64,000 nt of DNA from Epithemia pelagica (Eukaryota > Protista > Bacillariophyta), in NCBI GenBank assembly GCA_946965045.2, contig OX337230.1, positions 124,001 to 188,000 on the forward strand, given 5' to 3'. The notes under the pieces are model-generated. The model searched no databases and had not been told where the DNA came from. It saw only the letters and a list, made by a program, of their open reading frames with translations. The position numbers were made by a program, and so were the translations under genes. Below, one piece after another: positions 32,401 through 41,742 of this stretch. How positions within the stretch are numbered: the stretch's first letter is position 1; each line of letters begins with the position of its first letter.

Positions 32401-35400
32401 GTTTGCATGGATACGTCGATGTATCCACTTGCGTGATCTACAAAAATGCATCCACCGCTAAGCATTGCTTCTTCTTTGGTTTTGCCTTTTGATGTGTAGA
32501 GGCGTCCTTTTGTCGAGCAGATGAAGTGGTCTGCTGAAACTTGTTGACCGGGAAAAAGGTGGTTCTTTTTCAGGGCTCCTTCTTTGTCTTGTATTTTGAC
32601 GGTTTTCTGTCCTGGGGAGTGCCTGGTCTTTTGTTTTCCATAAAGACAAGCGGCACACAACGGAGGAGTTGTCAGTTTGCAGACGGCAGTGTGGAGTCGT
32701 CGCGACGACTCGTCATTCGACAATACACCAGAGCGGAGAACAAGCTGGACGACGCGGAAGGGTGCATGTCCAAACCGGATGTGCCATTGGCTCCAGACCT
32801 TTTGTGGTGCTGAGAGGTTTATGTTGCGTTCGTCGACTGTGGTGACAGTGGCAACGAATGCAGAGACTGAACGGTTCACTCCTAGTCGGTGGTAGCAGAT
32901 GCTTTTCGGTAAGTTGCTTTCGGCTTCGATTTCGACTTTTATTGGTCCTCGAGCAGGGTCGTTTCTCACCCCGCTGAGTTTGAGTCCTTGTGGTTCGATT
33001 TTTATGGTTTCCCCTTGGTATCGTTGTAAGAGGCTGCTTGTACTGAGAAGCCTACAGCCAGCTGCGGGTATGTACAGAGCAAGGAGTTCGATGCATCTTA
33101 GCCGTCCATGGACGTCTTTGATGTACCATTCCACGACTCCTTGGCTTTCGACTTGTGCTCCTTCGGCCAAACCTTGGACCTGATAGTCAGGAGGTACGTC
33201 CCTCACTTTGTTTGGAATGAAATCGCTCTTGTCGTTCGTGATGGAGACACTTGCGCCTGAATCCCAAATGAGGAGAAAAGCTTGTTTGTCTTCCATTTCT
33301 GACTGAAATTTTCGTGGATGATTGATTGCAGCTTGGAGCGCCAGATTTTGGCTCATGGTGTAAGCATGTGCCTGTATGGTGGTGGTGCTCATGAGTGATG
33401 GAAGTGGCTGTGGTCCTTGCAGTGGTCTAATCGTTGTCTTGTTTGTTCTGTCTCGTTTGTGTTTCGTACGGTTTCGTCGATGTTTTGGTTTCCGTGGTTT
33501 GGACTTTGGGTGAGGTCGGTGTCGGTCGTGGTGGGAGCGAGGTTTCGGTGCCACAGCAATGGCATGGGTTGGCTGGTATTCTCCCTCTGATGTGGGACAG
33601 AGACCGAGTACTGATCGCAGCCATCGTCCAACAGAGCGGACCAAGGACATGCCAGAGTTTGGTGGAAGACATGTGACAATCAACCGGTGGGTGAGACAAT
33701 CCACGGGTGAGTGGAGGGGACGCGACAAAGAGTGAACAATCTGCAAAGCAGCTGTAGCGCCTCCAAAACAGGAAAGGAGGTATGGGAGTGCCTTTCTTGG
33801 AGCCAGATGTGGACCAATATACAACAAACCAGTGCCGAGCAAACCGGTGAGAGCGCCTTGCTTCACGGTTATCATCAGTGTTCTTGTAGAAGGCAGTGGT
33901 GGGAAGAATTGATGACGATTGGGATTAGAAGGAAGGTTCAGACGGAGTGGTTTCTTTTTCTTTCGTTTCGGTTTTGTCGTAAACTTGGTGGTCGCGACAT
34001 GGGCGGCTGGTTTGCTGGGCAGGTTGGTCAGATGTTCGTCGTGGGAGTCCGGGGTGATGTCATTTGGATTGATGGTGATATCCATGGCATGACCAGGGAG
34101 TCCTTGTTTGTTCTGCTTGATGATGATGGCACCATAGTCGGAGATGGTGGCCAACTCCCATGCTGTGTGCAGGGTACTGCTCAGACTTGGTGTTTCCATG
34201 CTGAGACGGCTGTGATGTACTTGCTCGTCTAGCTGGAGAGCGGTCAGGGCTTCCTTCAGTTTCTGTTGGAGAGAAGGTAGTTGTTGTTCTAAAGTCTTCT
34301 TCAAACGTGGATTTTCTTCTTTGTGATAGGCCGTGTGTGTGTGGATAAAGTGCTCCACTAGGCTCTCAATGTGGTCTTGACGGATGGCTGGGTCGTCTTC
34401 TCCCATCATTTGCCTTTGACGAGTTGCGAAGGGAATAATGGGAGAGGAGGGACGTTTCTTGGGGGCTGAGGGCTCGCCCGGCGCGTGGAAGAGTCGTGTT
34501 GGGGTGATGAACGACAGATCTAGGCTGTTGGGCGAGAGTGCACTGTAAGTACGGGGAGGCGTTTCCCACTCAATGGGGGATACTTCATCGTCTTGAATCG
34601 CCGGCATCTTCCTATCAGGTGTTGGTTGGTCTTGTTCATGGAAGTTGGGCGGTTCTTTTTGGTCTTGTTCTTGATTCACTGGACAGTCTGACGGAATTTT
34701 CGTGTGGATGTCAGTGTTCGGTGGATCTTCATTCTTGTCGAATGTGAATGTTGCTTCATAGAAGTCATACCAGGTGTCATCGGTTCGTTCAGTTTCGCCG
34801 ACATTTGAGTTGTTGTACTCTTTCCAAGGTGAGTTGATGGTTGCCACTTTGGCATTGAGATTCAGTTTATTTAGATCTACGGTAAAGTCGATGTCCGGTG
34901 GTTCGGGTGCTGGATCTTGTTCTTCATCTGTCTCACTCTCGTTGTTTGTTTCGTTTGCCATCGTAGGTGGGCAGGCTCCGTCGTTGTTGTCATCATCGTG
35001 ATCGTTGTCATCTGCTTCGTCGTCGGCGTCTCCATTTGGGTCGTCGTCGTCGGTGTCTTCATCTTCTTCCTCTTCGTCATCTTCTTCATCGTCTTGGTCA
35101 TTTTCTCCGTCGGCTGCATCGTTGTCGGTGGTTCTTGCGGTGTCACCTGTCTCGGTAGCTTCGTCGTCGGAGTCTTCTGGTGGATGAACAATGCGGTGCA
35201 GGTTCATGACGCGGCGTAGTTCATCCGTTGCAGCTTGGATGAAGGCTTGTCGGATGTTGGGTGGAAGAGCCATCAAATCTCGGTTTGGAGCGTTTGGATC
35301 GTTGTCTTCTTCTTCGTCCGATGATTCTGCGATTGAGAGCTCGTCGGGGTCAATGAATGTGAGGGGACGAAATGTTGCCGGAGCTTGATGAAGGCCATAG

Positions 35401-37358
35401 GGTGTGATTGGTCGTGGAACGAGAGGTGGGAGTTCGACCGATTCGTCGGTTTGGTCGGAATCGACGTTCCTGAACAGAGAGGCCAAGTCTGGATCCTCTT
35501 CTTCGTCGTCTTGAAAGCGTGGAATCAGTGGAGGCGGTTCTGTGGTTGCGGAGCTTTCATCGCTTGCATCGTTGGATTTGGCGTCGTCGCAACAATCAAC
35601 CGGTCTCGTATCCAACAACATGTCGGTGGTTTCAACGGTGTTGTTGAGGAGAGACTCGTTTTGTGTGGTGTCTCGACGTTCTTCTCCCTCTGAAACAACA
35701 ATCGACACATTATCATCATCATCTTCGGGGCCCGATGCGGAGAACGTGTCCCAGAACGAGTCAGGGATGGATGGCATGCTGTCGATGTCGTCTTGGGTTT
35801 GATCAGGAGCGACAGAGTCAAAATCTTCGACTGAGAGGAGGTTTCGGACGGGAAATCGTGCTGCCCAGGCGCCAGCATCAAGATCTAGGGAGATCATGTT
35901 TGCCTGAGGGGCTGTGATTCCGCCAGGGTTGGATGTTTTCTTGTTGGACTTGGAGTGCCCCTTGTAGTCATCCGAGTGCTGTGCCGTGGAGTGGGTGCCG
36001 GTCCATCGGCCGCAGTGGGCGCACCAGTACCAAGTTTTCCCTTCGACTGTCTTCGTTTCGGACTGTCCTTGGGAGGGTGCTTGATACTTCCAGTTGACGG
36101 AGGATCCCGGGTTTGATTTGGTGGTTGTCTTGTTGTTGCTTCTGGAGGTGCGATTGGAGTTTCCCTTGGGTTTCTGGTTGAGAGATCCGCGACTGCCACT
36201 GCGCGAGTGTGCGCGTGGTCCTGAAGCTTGCTTGGAACTTTTGTGGGGACAATCTTTCGCCCAGTGGTCGAAACTGCCACAAATTAGACATGCTCCTTTC
36301 GACAAGGGGGTGTCGCCCATGTGTTGACGAAGGGCCATGGCTTGTACTTCCGAGAGGTTGGCAAAGGCTGCAGGAGGTGTCTTGGAGTCTTTGTTGTGGG
36401 TGGAAGCTGGCCATTTCTTGAGGTTCATGGCATCCATGTACAGAGCTTCGGCTTTGTCACAGATGTGGGCAAAAGAGAGTCCTTCTTTATCAAGAGTATC
36501 TTGTTGGTCTTGTTCCGTCATGTATCGAATCTCGAGAATTCGTTGCTGAACTTGTGGGTACAGATTCAACAATCCAAGGTTGTACAGGGGATCTCCATTT
36601 GCGAGTGCAAAGGCTTGGAGAACGGACAAGGTAAGTGTTTGTTTGTAAAATCCTGATGCAAACAGATCCTCACAATCTGCCTTCATGTGTGCAGCCATTT
36701 CAGAGATGTTCTGCCCTGGATACATGAATGGGGTTCGGCTTGCGATCTTGGCGGATAGAGCATCGTATTTCTGAACCGAGTCAGATTGGAGAAGGTTAAT
36801 AAAAGTCATCCAGGTAACGAGAAAGGAGTCCGTTGTGTTCGTCTTTGTTTCTAACATCTTGCGAATCTTCAGTTCGACAGAGTCGAGGAGACACATGCGT
36901 GCAGCGGTGTCGTTCTCTGAATCATATGGGTCGAAGTTGGCGCAGTGCACAGGGGCTGCCTTCTGCACAAGCTTGAGGTTAAAGCGAGTGTGCTCATTGA
37001 CAATGTGTCGCATCTCTTTTGGGTTGGCTGGATCGGCGAGGTAGCAGATGGTGTCGAGACCTCGGAGTACGAAGATGTCGTTGAGACGCTTCATAAATTC
37101 GTGGAGGTTGTCTCCCTTTTTGTAACGAATTGACAATCCACTGCAGCGAGTCTCGAATCCGGTGATGTCTTTGCCGAATCGTCGTTGGTGAGGAGTTGCA
37201 GGGTAGGTTTTGGCGGTTGGGTCGAGTCCTTTCCAGGTGGGGAGAGGCTTTCCGCCGGTCCAAGCCGCCCACTTGTACTCGTCGAGTTGAACAAGATCGC
37301 CCATTGTGGGCTTGGGTGGCTTGAAAGTGGGCTTGAGTGTAGTTTCAGAACTTGCCAT
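29469..37358 (-). CDS. Copia-2 Gag-Pol polyprotein (Gag, two Zn motifs, long insert, protease, integrase, RT, RNase H)
   Basis: CLICGSFDHWAKDC; LIWDSGAS protease; WHIRFGH...CAAC and HHHNGVAER integrase; KGRYCVRGD and WVDD RT; CYVDADF and EVHEDN RNase H. Integrase precedes RT, the Copia order. Confidence 0.95.
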   Translation of the reverse strand: MASSETTLKPTFKPPKPTMGDLVQLDEYKWAAWTGGKPLPTWKGLDPTAKTYPATPHQRRFGKDITGFETRCSGLSIRYKKGDNLHEFMKRLNDIFVLRGLDTICYLADPANPKEMRHIVNEHTRFNLKLVQKAAPVHCANFDPYDSENDTAARMCLLDSVELKIRKMLETKTNTTDSFLVTWMTFINLLQSDSVQKYDALSAKIASRTPFMYPGQNISEMAAHMKADCEDLFASGFYKQTLTLSVLQAFALANGDPLYNLGLLNLYPQVQQRILEIRYMTEQDQQDTLDKEGLSFAHICDKAEALYMDAMNLKKWPASTHNKDSKTPPAAFANLSEVQAMALRQHMGDTPLSKGACLICGSFDHWAKDCPHKSSKQASGPRAHSRSGSRGSLNQKPKGNSNRTSRSNNKTTTKSNPGSSVNWKYQAPSQGQSETKTVEGKTWYWCAHCGRWTGTHSTAQHSDDYKGHSKSNKKTSNPGGITAPQANMISLDLDAGAWAARFPVRNLLSVEDFDSVAPDQTQDDIDSMPSIPDSFWDTFSASGPEDDDDNVSIVVSEGEERRDTTQNESLLNNTVETTDMLLDTRPVDCCDDAKSNDASDESSATTEPPPLIPRFQDDEEEDPDLASLFRNVDSDQTDESVELPPLVPRPITPYGLHQAPATFRPLTFIDPDELSIAESSDEEEDNDPNAPNRDLMALPPNIRQAFIQAATDELRRVMNLHRIVHPPEDSDDEATETGDTARTTDNDAADGENDQDDEEDDEEEEDEDTDDDDPNGDADDEADDNDHDDDNNDGACPPTMANETNNESETDEEQDPAPEPPDIDFTVDLNKLNLNAKVATINSPWKEYNNSNVGETERTDDTWYDFYEATFTFDKNEDPPNTDIHTKIPSDCPVNQEQDQKEPPNFHEQDQPTPDRKMPAIQDDEVSPIEWETPPRTYSALSPNSLDLSFITPTRLFHAPGEPSAPKKRPSSPIIPFATRQRQMMGEDDPAIRQDHIESLVEHFIHTHTAYHKEENPRLKKTLEQQLPSLQQKLKEALTALQLDEQVHHSRLSMETPSLSSTLHTAWELATISDYGAIIIKQNKQGLPGHAMDITINPNDITPDSHDEHLTNLPSKPAAHVATTKFTTKPKRKKKKPLRLNLPSNPNRHQFFPPLPSTRTLMITVKQGALTGLLGTGLLYIGPHLAPRKALPYLLSCFGGATAALQIVHSLSRPLHSPVDCLTHRLIVTCLPPNSGMSLVRSVGRWLRSVLGLCPTSEGEYQPTHAIAVAPKPRSHHDRHRPHPKSKPRKPKHRRNRTKHKRDRTNKTTIRPLQGPQPLPSLMSTTTIQAHAYTMSQNLALQAAINHPRKFQSEMEDKQAFLLIWDSGASVSITNDKSDFIPNKVRDVPPDYQVQGLAEGAQVESQGVVEWYIKDVHGRLRCIELLALYIPAAGCRLLSTSSLLQRYQGETIKIEPQGLKLSGVRNDPARGPIKVEIEAESNLPKSICYHRLGVNRSVSAFVATVTTVDERNINLSAPQKVWSQWHIRFGHAPFRVVQLVLRSGVLSNDESSRRLHTAVCKLTTPPLCAACLYGKQKTRHSPGQKTVKIQDKEGALKKNHLFPGQQVSADHFICSTKGRLYTSKGKTKEEAMLSGGCIFVDHASGYIDVSMQTHLNTHQTLKAKTEYEQRCQNQGVIIQQYHTDNGTAFTSKKYTEHLQTFQQVTSFAGVGAHHHNGVAERSIQTIMSMARTMMLHAATHWPEVADPTLWPMAVDHAVFIYNRLPKIETGISPIDLFTKTRWEQRRFHDLHVWGAPAYVLNKTIQDGKKLPRWKPRSQRCMFVGFSQQHALTAPLVLNLDTGTISPQYHVVFDDWFATVAATNENSHSPHATVDQIFANMDNILHSPGYDDPSADDDSPNDAPEATASELTKNKIFEAMENATPPVPLAYDTPAVPPPSTTATPPLPHPVSTPRPVSAPPSVPSSPADAPSRMSTNPPPTTLAAPHKLPPLSLKDDWTMPTEQRESPPTQAPPAPKSQPPEHKPQREPTKQREPSNQREHASPAPRRSGRNRRSPNRLVESMDPTHKSYLAHVDTLDNLPFQATIGLFKATIVDPDTLSYDQALKDADLPHWRKAAKQEIDELTEKETRIEEPQSAAKTKILPGTWVFKRKRHADGTIKKHKGRYCVRGDLQEQAPDAYSPVVNWAIIRICMIYALSQQWVMVCIDFSNAFVQAKLKEPIWIHIPPGFKSTSSEPTCLRLLKSLYGLTIAPRLWYEKLIEALLEDGFKKSDHDECFFMKPDMLLFIWVDDCGIVAPTMTLVDAFIERLKTKGFELSKDSDFAEYLGIDFKRNKDEIVMTQPGLIKRILQTTKMEDCNGNWTPAAQIGLGSDPNGPPMKDNWNYRSVVGMLLYLSTNTRPDITFAVSQVARFSNDPKQSHAQAVKAIIRYLSRTIDNGTIFRPSKDYWLDCYVDADFMGLHGREPEDDPTSAKSRTGYIIFFGGSPLVWKSQLQSEIATSTFHSEHVALSQAMRVVVWLQEVLNELNSCVRINPSVPRITAEVHEDNNSAYLVATNQRLTSRSRSLNNKWHWFWSQVKATNATIVSSKSNMEDRTITISKIDTKLQRADILTKGLARETFETIRKLNQGW

Positions 37359-37575
37359 GCTGGAGGTGTCCGAGGCGTTTCCGTGAGAACTGGAACTGTT
37401 GAAGAGGATTTCTTCTTCAATTGGCTCAAAGGAGAAGTGGCTCCCTAGAGTCGATGGCGAATCGTCGCTTGGGGTAGACAGCTTGTTGGCCTGTCAAAAT
37501 CTCGAGAAGGGGTAGTCCGACAATGATGGTCGTTGGGCTAGAACAGAGGAAACGGTAGCGGGTTAGGCTGTAATT

Positions 37576-37589
37576 TGGGCGTAATAACC
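37576..37589 (-). promoter_or_regulatory. PBS-like site of Copia-2 (variant of the half-tRNA-iMet PBS)
   Basis: GGTTATTACGCCCA lies directly after the LTR; compare GGTTATGAGCCCA in Copia-3. Confidence 0.6.
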
Positions 37590-38092
37590 TGTCAGAGTCA
37601 CTAGCATACACTGGGTATACTAATAGCTAGGGGAATACCGCGTAGTCGGGGTGGAGATTGATCAAGTCTCCACACCAACCTAGAAGTCTTTTGCGTTGCA
37701 AAAACTCCTGTATCGATATTATGATTAAAGCTATAGAGTAAACAAAGTGATCTTGAGTTCCTCATTTTGATTCCTCGCTTTGGTTTCCAGGAATTGATCT
37801 GCTATCTTGCAACGCACAGCTTGATTCAAATGGACGATAGTTATCTCATTTGTTGTTTGTTGTGTAATAGGTTAGTTAGCAAAACATGAGTGTCGTAGAC
37901 ACAAACAACGAGTGGCCCGGCGTTCTGTGGCGCCAAAAGCCCATCCTGCGCGTTATGCATGCGCGGATTCCGACATGTAGGCTTATATCATTGGGTCATG
38001 CAACACAAACTCCCAGTCGTGCAAATTCAATATTTCAAAACACAAATACAAATTTGAAAACGCGACTGGTGCTAAAAACATAAACTGCGACT
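37590..38092 (-). repeat. 5' LTR of Copia-2
   Basis: Direct repeat of 28940-29442; followed on the minus strand by PBS-like GGTTATTACGCCCA. Confidence 0.97.
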
Positions 38093-38097
38093 CGGGG

Positions 38098-38847
38098 CAA
38101 TCCACGAGTGCCGAACCAACAAGTCGTGCACCGCCACCCGTCGTGTGTTTGTCCAATGCCACCTTGATTCCGTCTGGATATGCATCCGTTTTGGATCCGC
38201 AACGTCAAAGTTTCTGGAAAGGCACCAAATGTCCCAGTATGATGCATGCCTTTGTCGACTTTGTTGTGGCCCGCTTGGACCTGTCCCACTTGCAAATGAT
38301 TCCTGGCAAGGTCACCATTATTGATCGTCGACCCTACTTGGCCCATCCCCGCACCAAGTTAAACACGACCAACGATCGTCGCTACTTGACCAATTTGCCC
38401 GACTTGGTCCATGAGTTGCAACACCACGTTGCAGGAGTGACCAATGTCACCTTGGTGGCCTTGGAAACACTGACGTTTGCCGACCAAGTCGCCTTGATGC
38501 GACAAACTCATGTCTTGATTGGCCATCATGGAGCCGGCATGGCGCACATGATTTTCTTGTCGTCCCACGACAATGCCATGATGCTTGAATACACGCCCAA
38601 TGGCCATGGGTTTTCCGGCGTCCTGGCCGATTGGAAACAACCACCCAGCAGCAGCAGCAATCGGAGTAGTACGACAATGCCATTGCAACAACAACAAAAG
38701 GGGGTGAAACACATCTTGTTGCCTCGATCGGGAAGTCTCACGGAATTGTCCCAAGCCGAAATCAAGACCACGTGCCGTCATGTGGCCAGACATGTTCGTT
38801 CCACAACTACAACGTCGGTGGTGACGAAAAGGAACAAAACCGAATAG
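38098..38847 (+). pseudogene. GT61 glycosyltransferase, 3' part
   Basis: LTFADQVALMRQTHVLIGHHGAGMAHMIFL is the GT61 signature. It is in frame with the 5' part once the element and one TSD copy are removed. Confidence 0.85.
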
Positions 38848-39840
38848 CACCGAGTCATTGTCTGGTATCTTGGAGCTACGTCATGGGACTCGAGCCGTGT
38901 AAAGTCAAACGTCTTTTGCGGGGAAAGAACTACCGTATTCGATTCTGAGAGACAACCGTCTACTTATGAATATGAGTATTGTTGTTTTGGCAAGGGCATA
39001 CGAGAGGGAATCGCTATACGACAGCTGGGAGGAACACAACAGGTGCTTGTCTGACCCACGAGGAGAAATGCGTCCACCAGAAACGGAGATGGAGTGGACT
39101 TGACAGTGTGCGATCGAGAGGGAACGTAGGTCGCCGCGCGCTCTATCCAGCAGGCATTGCCCCTTTCTTGGACTCGCTCGCGCGGCTTTCGCTTCGCGCG
39201 CGGCCAACCACATCCCCTCATGTTTTGCATGGGCCAGACACAAGACACAGCGAAGTCCAAAAATGGGCGACGATCCATCCACACAGACCCTTCTCTTCTC
39301 TTTTCTGTCTGTGGTCCTCCCACCTTTCAACAGCCAAAAAATAGGACATTGTGTTTCCTCACACGACATGCGCATGGATATCCATCCGTCTGGAATCATC
39401 CAATACCCCGACAAATGCCAACAATGCAAGCACCACCACCATCGTCGGTGTACGTCGCATCATTGTTCCCGGTCATGAAGCAACAACCTTGTCCGAGAGT
39501 CAAATAAAAACGCGCACCGTGGTGTATTGATCTTCTTGATGAACCCTCTAAATCAGTTCCGAAATGGCATGTACACAATCGTGTAGGACCACCACGGTTG
39601 TAAGAAACACGTATTTTTTGGTCTACAAGCGATGCTCGCAGTGCTCGACACAATGACACGGACAGAAGCATATACGGTTTGCATGTTCGATAATCTTGTG
39701 CATCCTAAGTTTATTCATCCCGTTCAATCCGATGTATTTGACCTCACCAGTCAGTCGGCAGATAGAGAACCGCAATGAGTGACATGTCCAATGTGAACAT
39801 TATAAAAGCATGCAGATACAGCAATGGGTCGTGTGAAAGT

Positions 39841-41742
39841 TTAGAGAGCTTGTCGTCGCAACGCCCCACCGGCCCCAATCAGGACACCCAACATCATACC
39901 AATGGCAGCGGAACACACAAGGGCCGTACAACTACTGACGACACTATGAAAGCCAGTGGTGGTCAATGGTTGTCCTTCTACAATCGGTGCGAGGTCTTCA
40001 AACGAGGTTCCAATCGTTTTTGGTCCATCTTTCTCTTCATCATAGGACCCATCGCTGTTGGAAACTGGCACCCTGGTTCCTATTGCTTCGACGGGTTCTT
40101 CTGCCACGACATCCACCCAGCCAAGAGACTTGGAGACTGCCTTGTTCCATCCGTTCCAATTGTGATTCCGTTCTTCCAAGGACATTTGAGGGTGGTACGT
40201 GCGTGACACAGCCCATAATTTCTTGATTTCGTCCAAGTCTTTCCAGACACCCACGGCCAATCCGGCACAAAAGGCGGCTCCCAACGATGTTATTTCTTGA
40301 ATGACGGGCTTGACGACTGGTACTTGCAGCATGTCGGCTTGAAACTGCATAAGAAGGTTGTTCCCGGTACCGCCACCATCCACGTTGAGGGACTGGAGTT
40401 CAACAACGGCATCGCTTCGAATGGCATCAAAGACCTCGCGCGTTTGATACGCAGTGGCCTCCAATGCGGCACGACAAATATGACCCTTGTGGTGCGATGT
40501 GGTGAGACCGACCAGACATGCGCGAGCATCGCTTCTCCAATGTGGAGCAAACAGTCCAGCAAATGCTGGCACAAAGTACAATCCATCATTGTTGAGGGTG
40601 GCCAGGGCTTCGGATTCTGGAGCCGATGGAATAATCTGCAGCTGGTCACGAAGCCATTGAATGGTACTTCCTGAATGCGACACGGAGCCTTCAAGAGCAT
40701 AGTGTACCGGCTCATCTTTGCCCAACTGATATGCGACTGTGGTCAGCAGACCCTCTGATCTTGTGGCCGTGGTTCCAGTATTCATCATGAGGAACAGGCC
40801 AGTACCATAGGTGTTCTTGGCTTCGCCCGGAGAAAACGCCGTCTGCCCAAACAGCGCAGCTTGTTGGTCCCCCAATACTCCAGCAATCGGTACATTGGTC
40901 ACATAAGGGACTCCGTTGTCGGAAGTACAACGCCCAAAGATATGGCAACTTGGAAGAATCTCCGGAAGGCATGAAACTGGGAGATGATGTGGAGCGCAAA
41001 GATCGTCCACGAGTGACTGATCCCATGCGACGGACTCCAAATTCATAAAAAGCCATCGAGACGCATTGGTTACATCTGTGTAAAAGTCGCCTCCTTGATT
41101 GGCTGCGTTACATTGGTCCGTCGAGGGCCTTCCGGTTAACTTGTAGATCAACCACGTGTCGACAGTTCCAAAGCAAACATCCTTCTGCTTGATCGGGTCT
41201 TCGACATCCCTTCGAAGAGCTGGAACATTGTCCAAAAGCCACTTGACCTTGGTTCCAGCAAAGTATGCCGCGATTGGTAAGCCTGTCTGGTTGCGAAGAC
41301 GATTGGGATCCCCTTCTGAAGCTTCTTCTGCCACTATTTGAGTTCGAGTATCGTCCCATACAATGGCGTTGTAGTATGGGATACCCGTGACTCTGTTCCA
41401 TGCTATAGTGGTTTCTCTCTGGTTGGTAATACCCAGTCCGTCCAATCGCATGACTTGTATATCAATACCATGTGCCTTTAATTTGTCACCGACGACTTGA
41501 ATGCAGGCCTGTGTGTTTCGAAAGATTTCCAACGGATCATGTTCATGCCAACCAGCAGCGTGTGCCTTGTAAATTTGTCTGTGTTCGACTTGCGCTGACG
41601 CCGCAATTCGCCCCTTTTGGGTAAACACCAAGAGGCGTGTGGAGGACGTGCCTTGATCAATCGCTCCAATCAAGGAGGATGGATACTCAGTCGGCAAAAG
41701 ATAGTCCTCACGAAGGACCCAGTCGAACACTTGGACATTCAT
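39841..41742 (-). CDS. GK: Glycerol kinase with a C-terminal hydrophobic tail
   Basis: AIDQGTSSTR, GITNQRETT, WDDTRT, GDQQAALFGQ, KNTYGTG, FVPAFAGLFAPHW and VDGGGTGN motifs. Likely start MNVQ at 41742; the ORF is open to 41943. Confidence 0.95.
   Translation of the reverse strand: MNVQVFDWVLREDYLLPTEYPSSLIGAIDQGTSSTRLLVFTQKGRIAASAQVEHRQIYKAHAAGWHEHDPLEIFRNTQACIQVVGDKLKAHGIDIQVMRLDGLGITNQRETTIAWNRVTGIPYYNAIVWDDTRTQIVAEEASEGDPNRLRNQTGLPIAAYFAGTKVKWLLDNVPALRRDVEDPIKQKDVCFGTVDTWLIYKLTGRPSTDQCNAANQGGDFYTDVTNASRWLFMNLESVAWDQSLVDDLCAPHHLPVSCLPEILPSCHIFGRCTSDNGVPYVTNVPIAGVLGDQQAALFGQTAFSPGEAKNTYGTGLFLMMNTGTTATRSEGLLTTVAYQLGKDEPVHYALEGSVSHSGSTIQWLRDQLQIIPSAPESEALATLNNDGLYFVPAFAGLFAPHWRSDARACLVGLTTSHHKGHICRAALEATAYQTREVFDAIRSDAVVELQSLNVDGGGTGNNLLMQFQADMLQVPVVKPVIQEITSLGAAFCAGLAVGVWKDLDEIKKLWAVSRTYHPQMSLEERNHNWNGWNKAVSKSLGWVDVVAEEPVEAIGTRVPVSNSDGSYDEEKDGPKTIGTSFEDLAPIVEGQPLTTTGFHSVVSSCTALVCSAAIGMMLGVLIGAGGALRRQAL

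Larger units (their letters stand above)
28940..38092 (-). mobile_element. Copia-2: full-length Ty1/Copia LTR retrotransposon with 5-bp TSD CGGGG
   Basis: 503-bp LTRs with one mismatch seen; TSD at 28935-28939 and 38093-38097; PPT AAGAGGGAG; single 2629-aa gag-pol ORF. Confidence 0.97.

Noticed and set aside
33720-33880. Calling the hydrophobic segment an env gene
   Set aside because: It lies inside Gag-Pol before the protease, with no signal peptide, furin site or ectodomain visible. Reported only as a hydrophobic module.
38905-39507. Overlapping ORFs and a GC-rich patch between GT61 and glycerol kinase
   Set aside because: No motif or consistent frame, and no convincing hairpin or repeat boundary.
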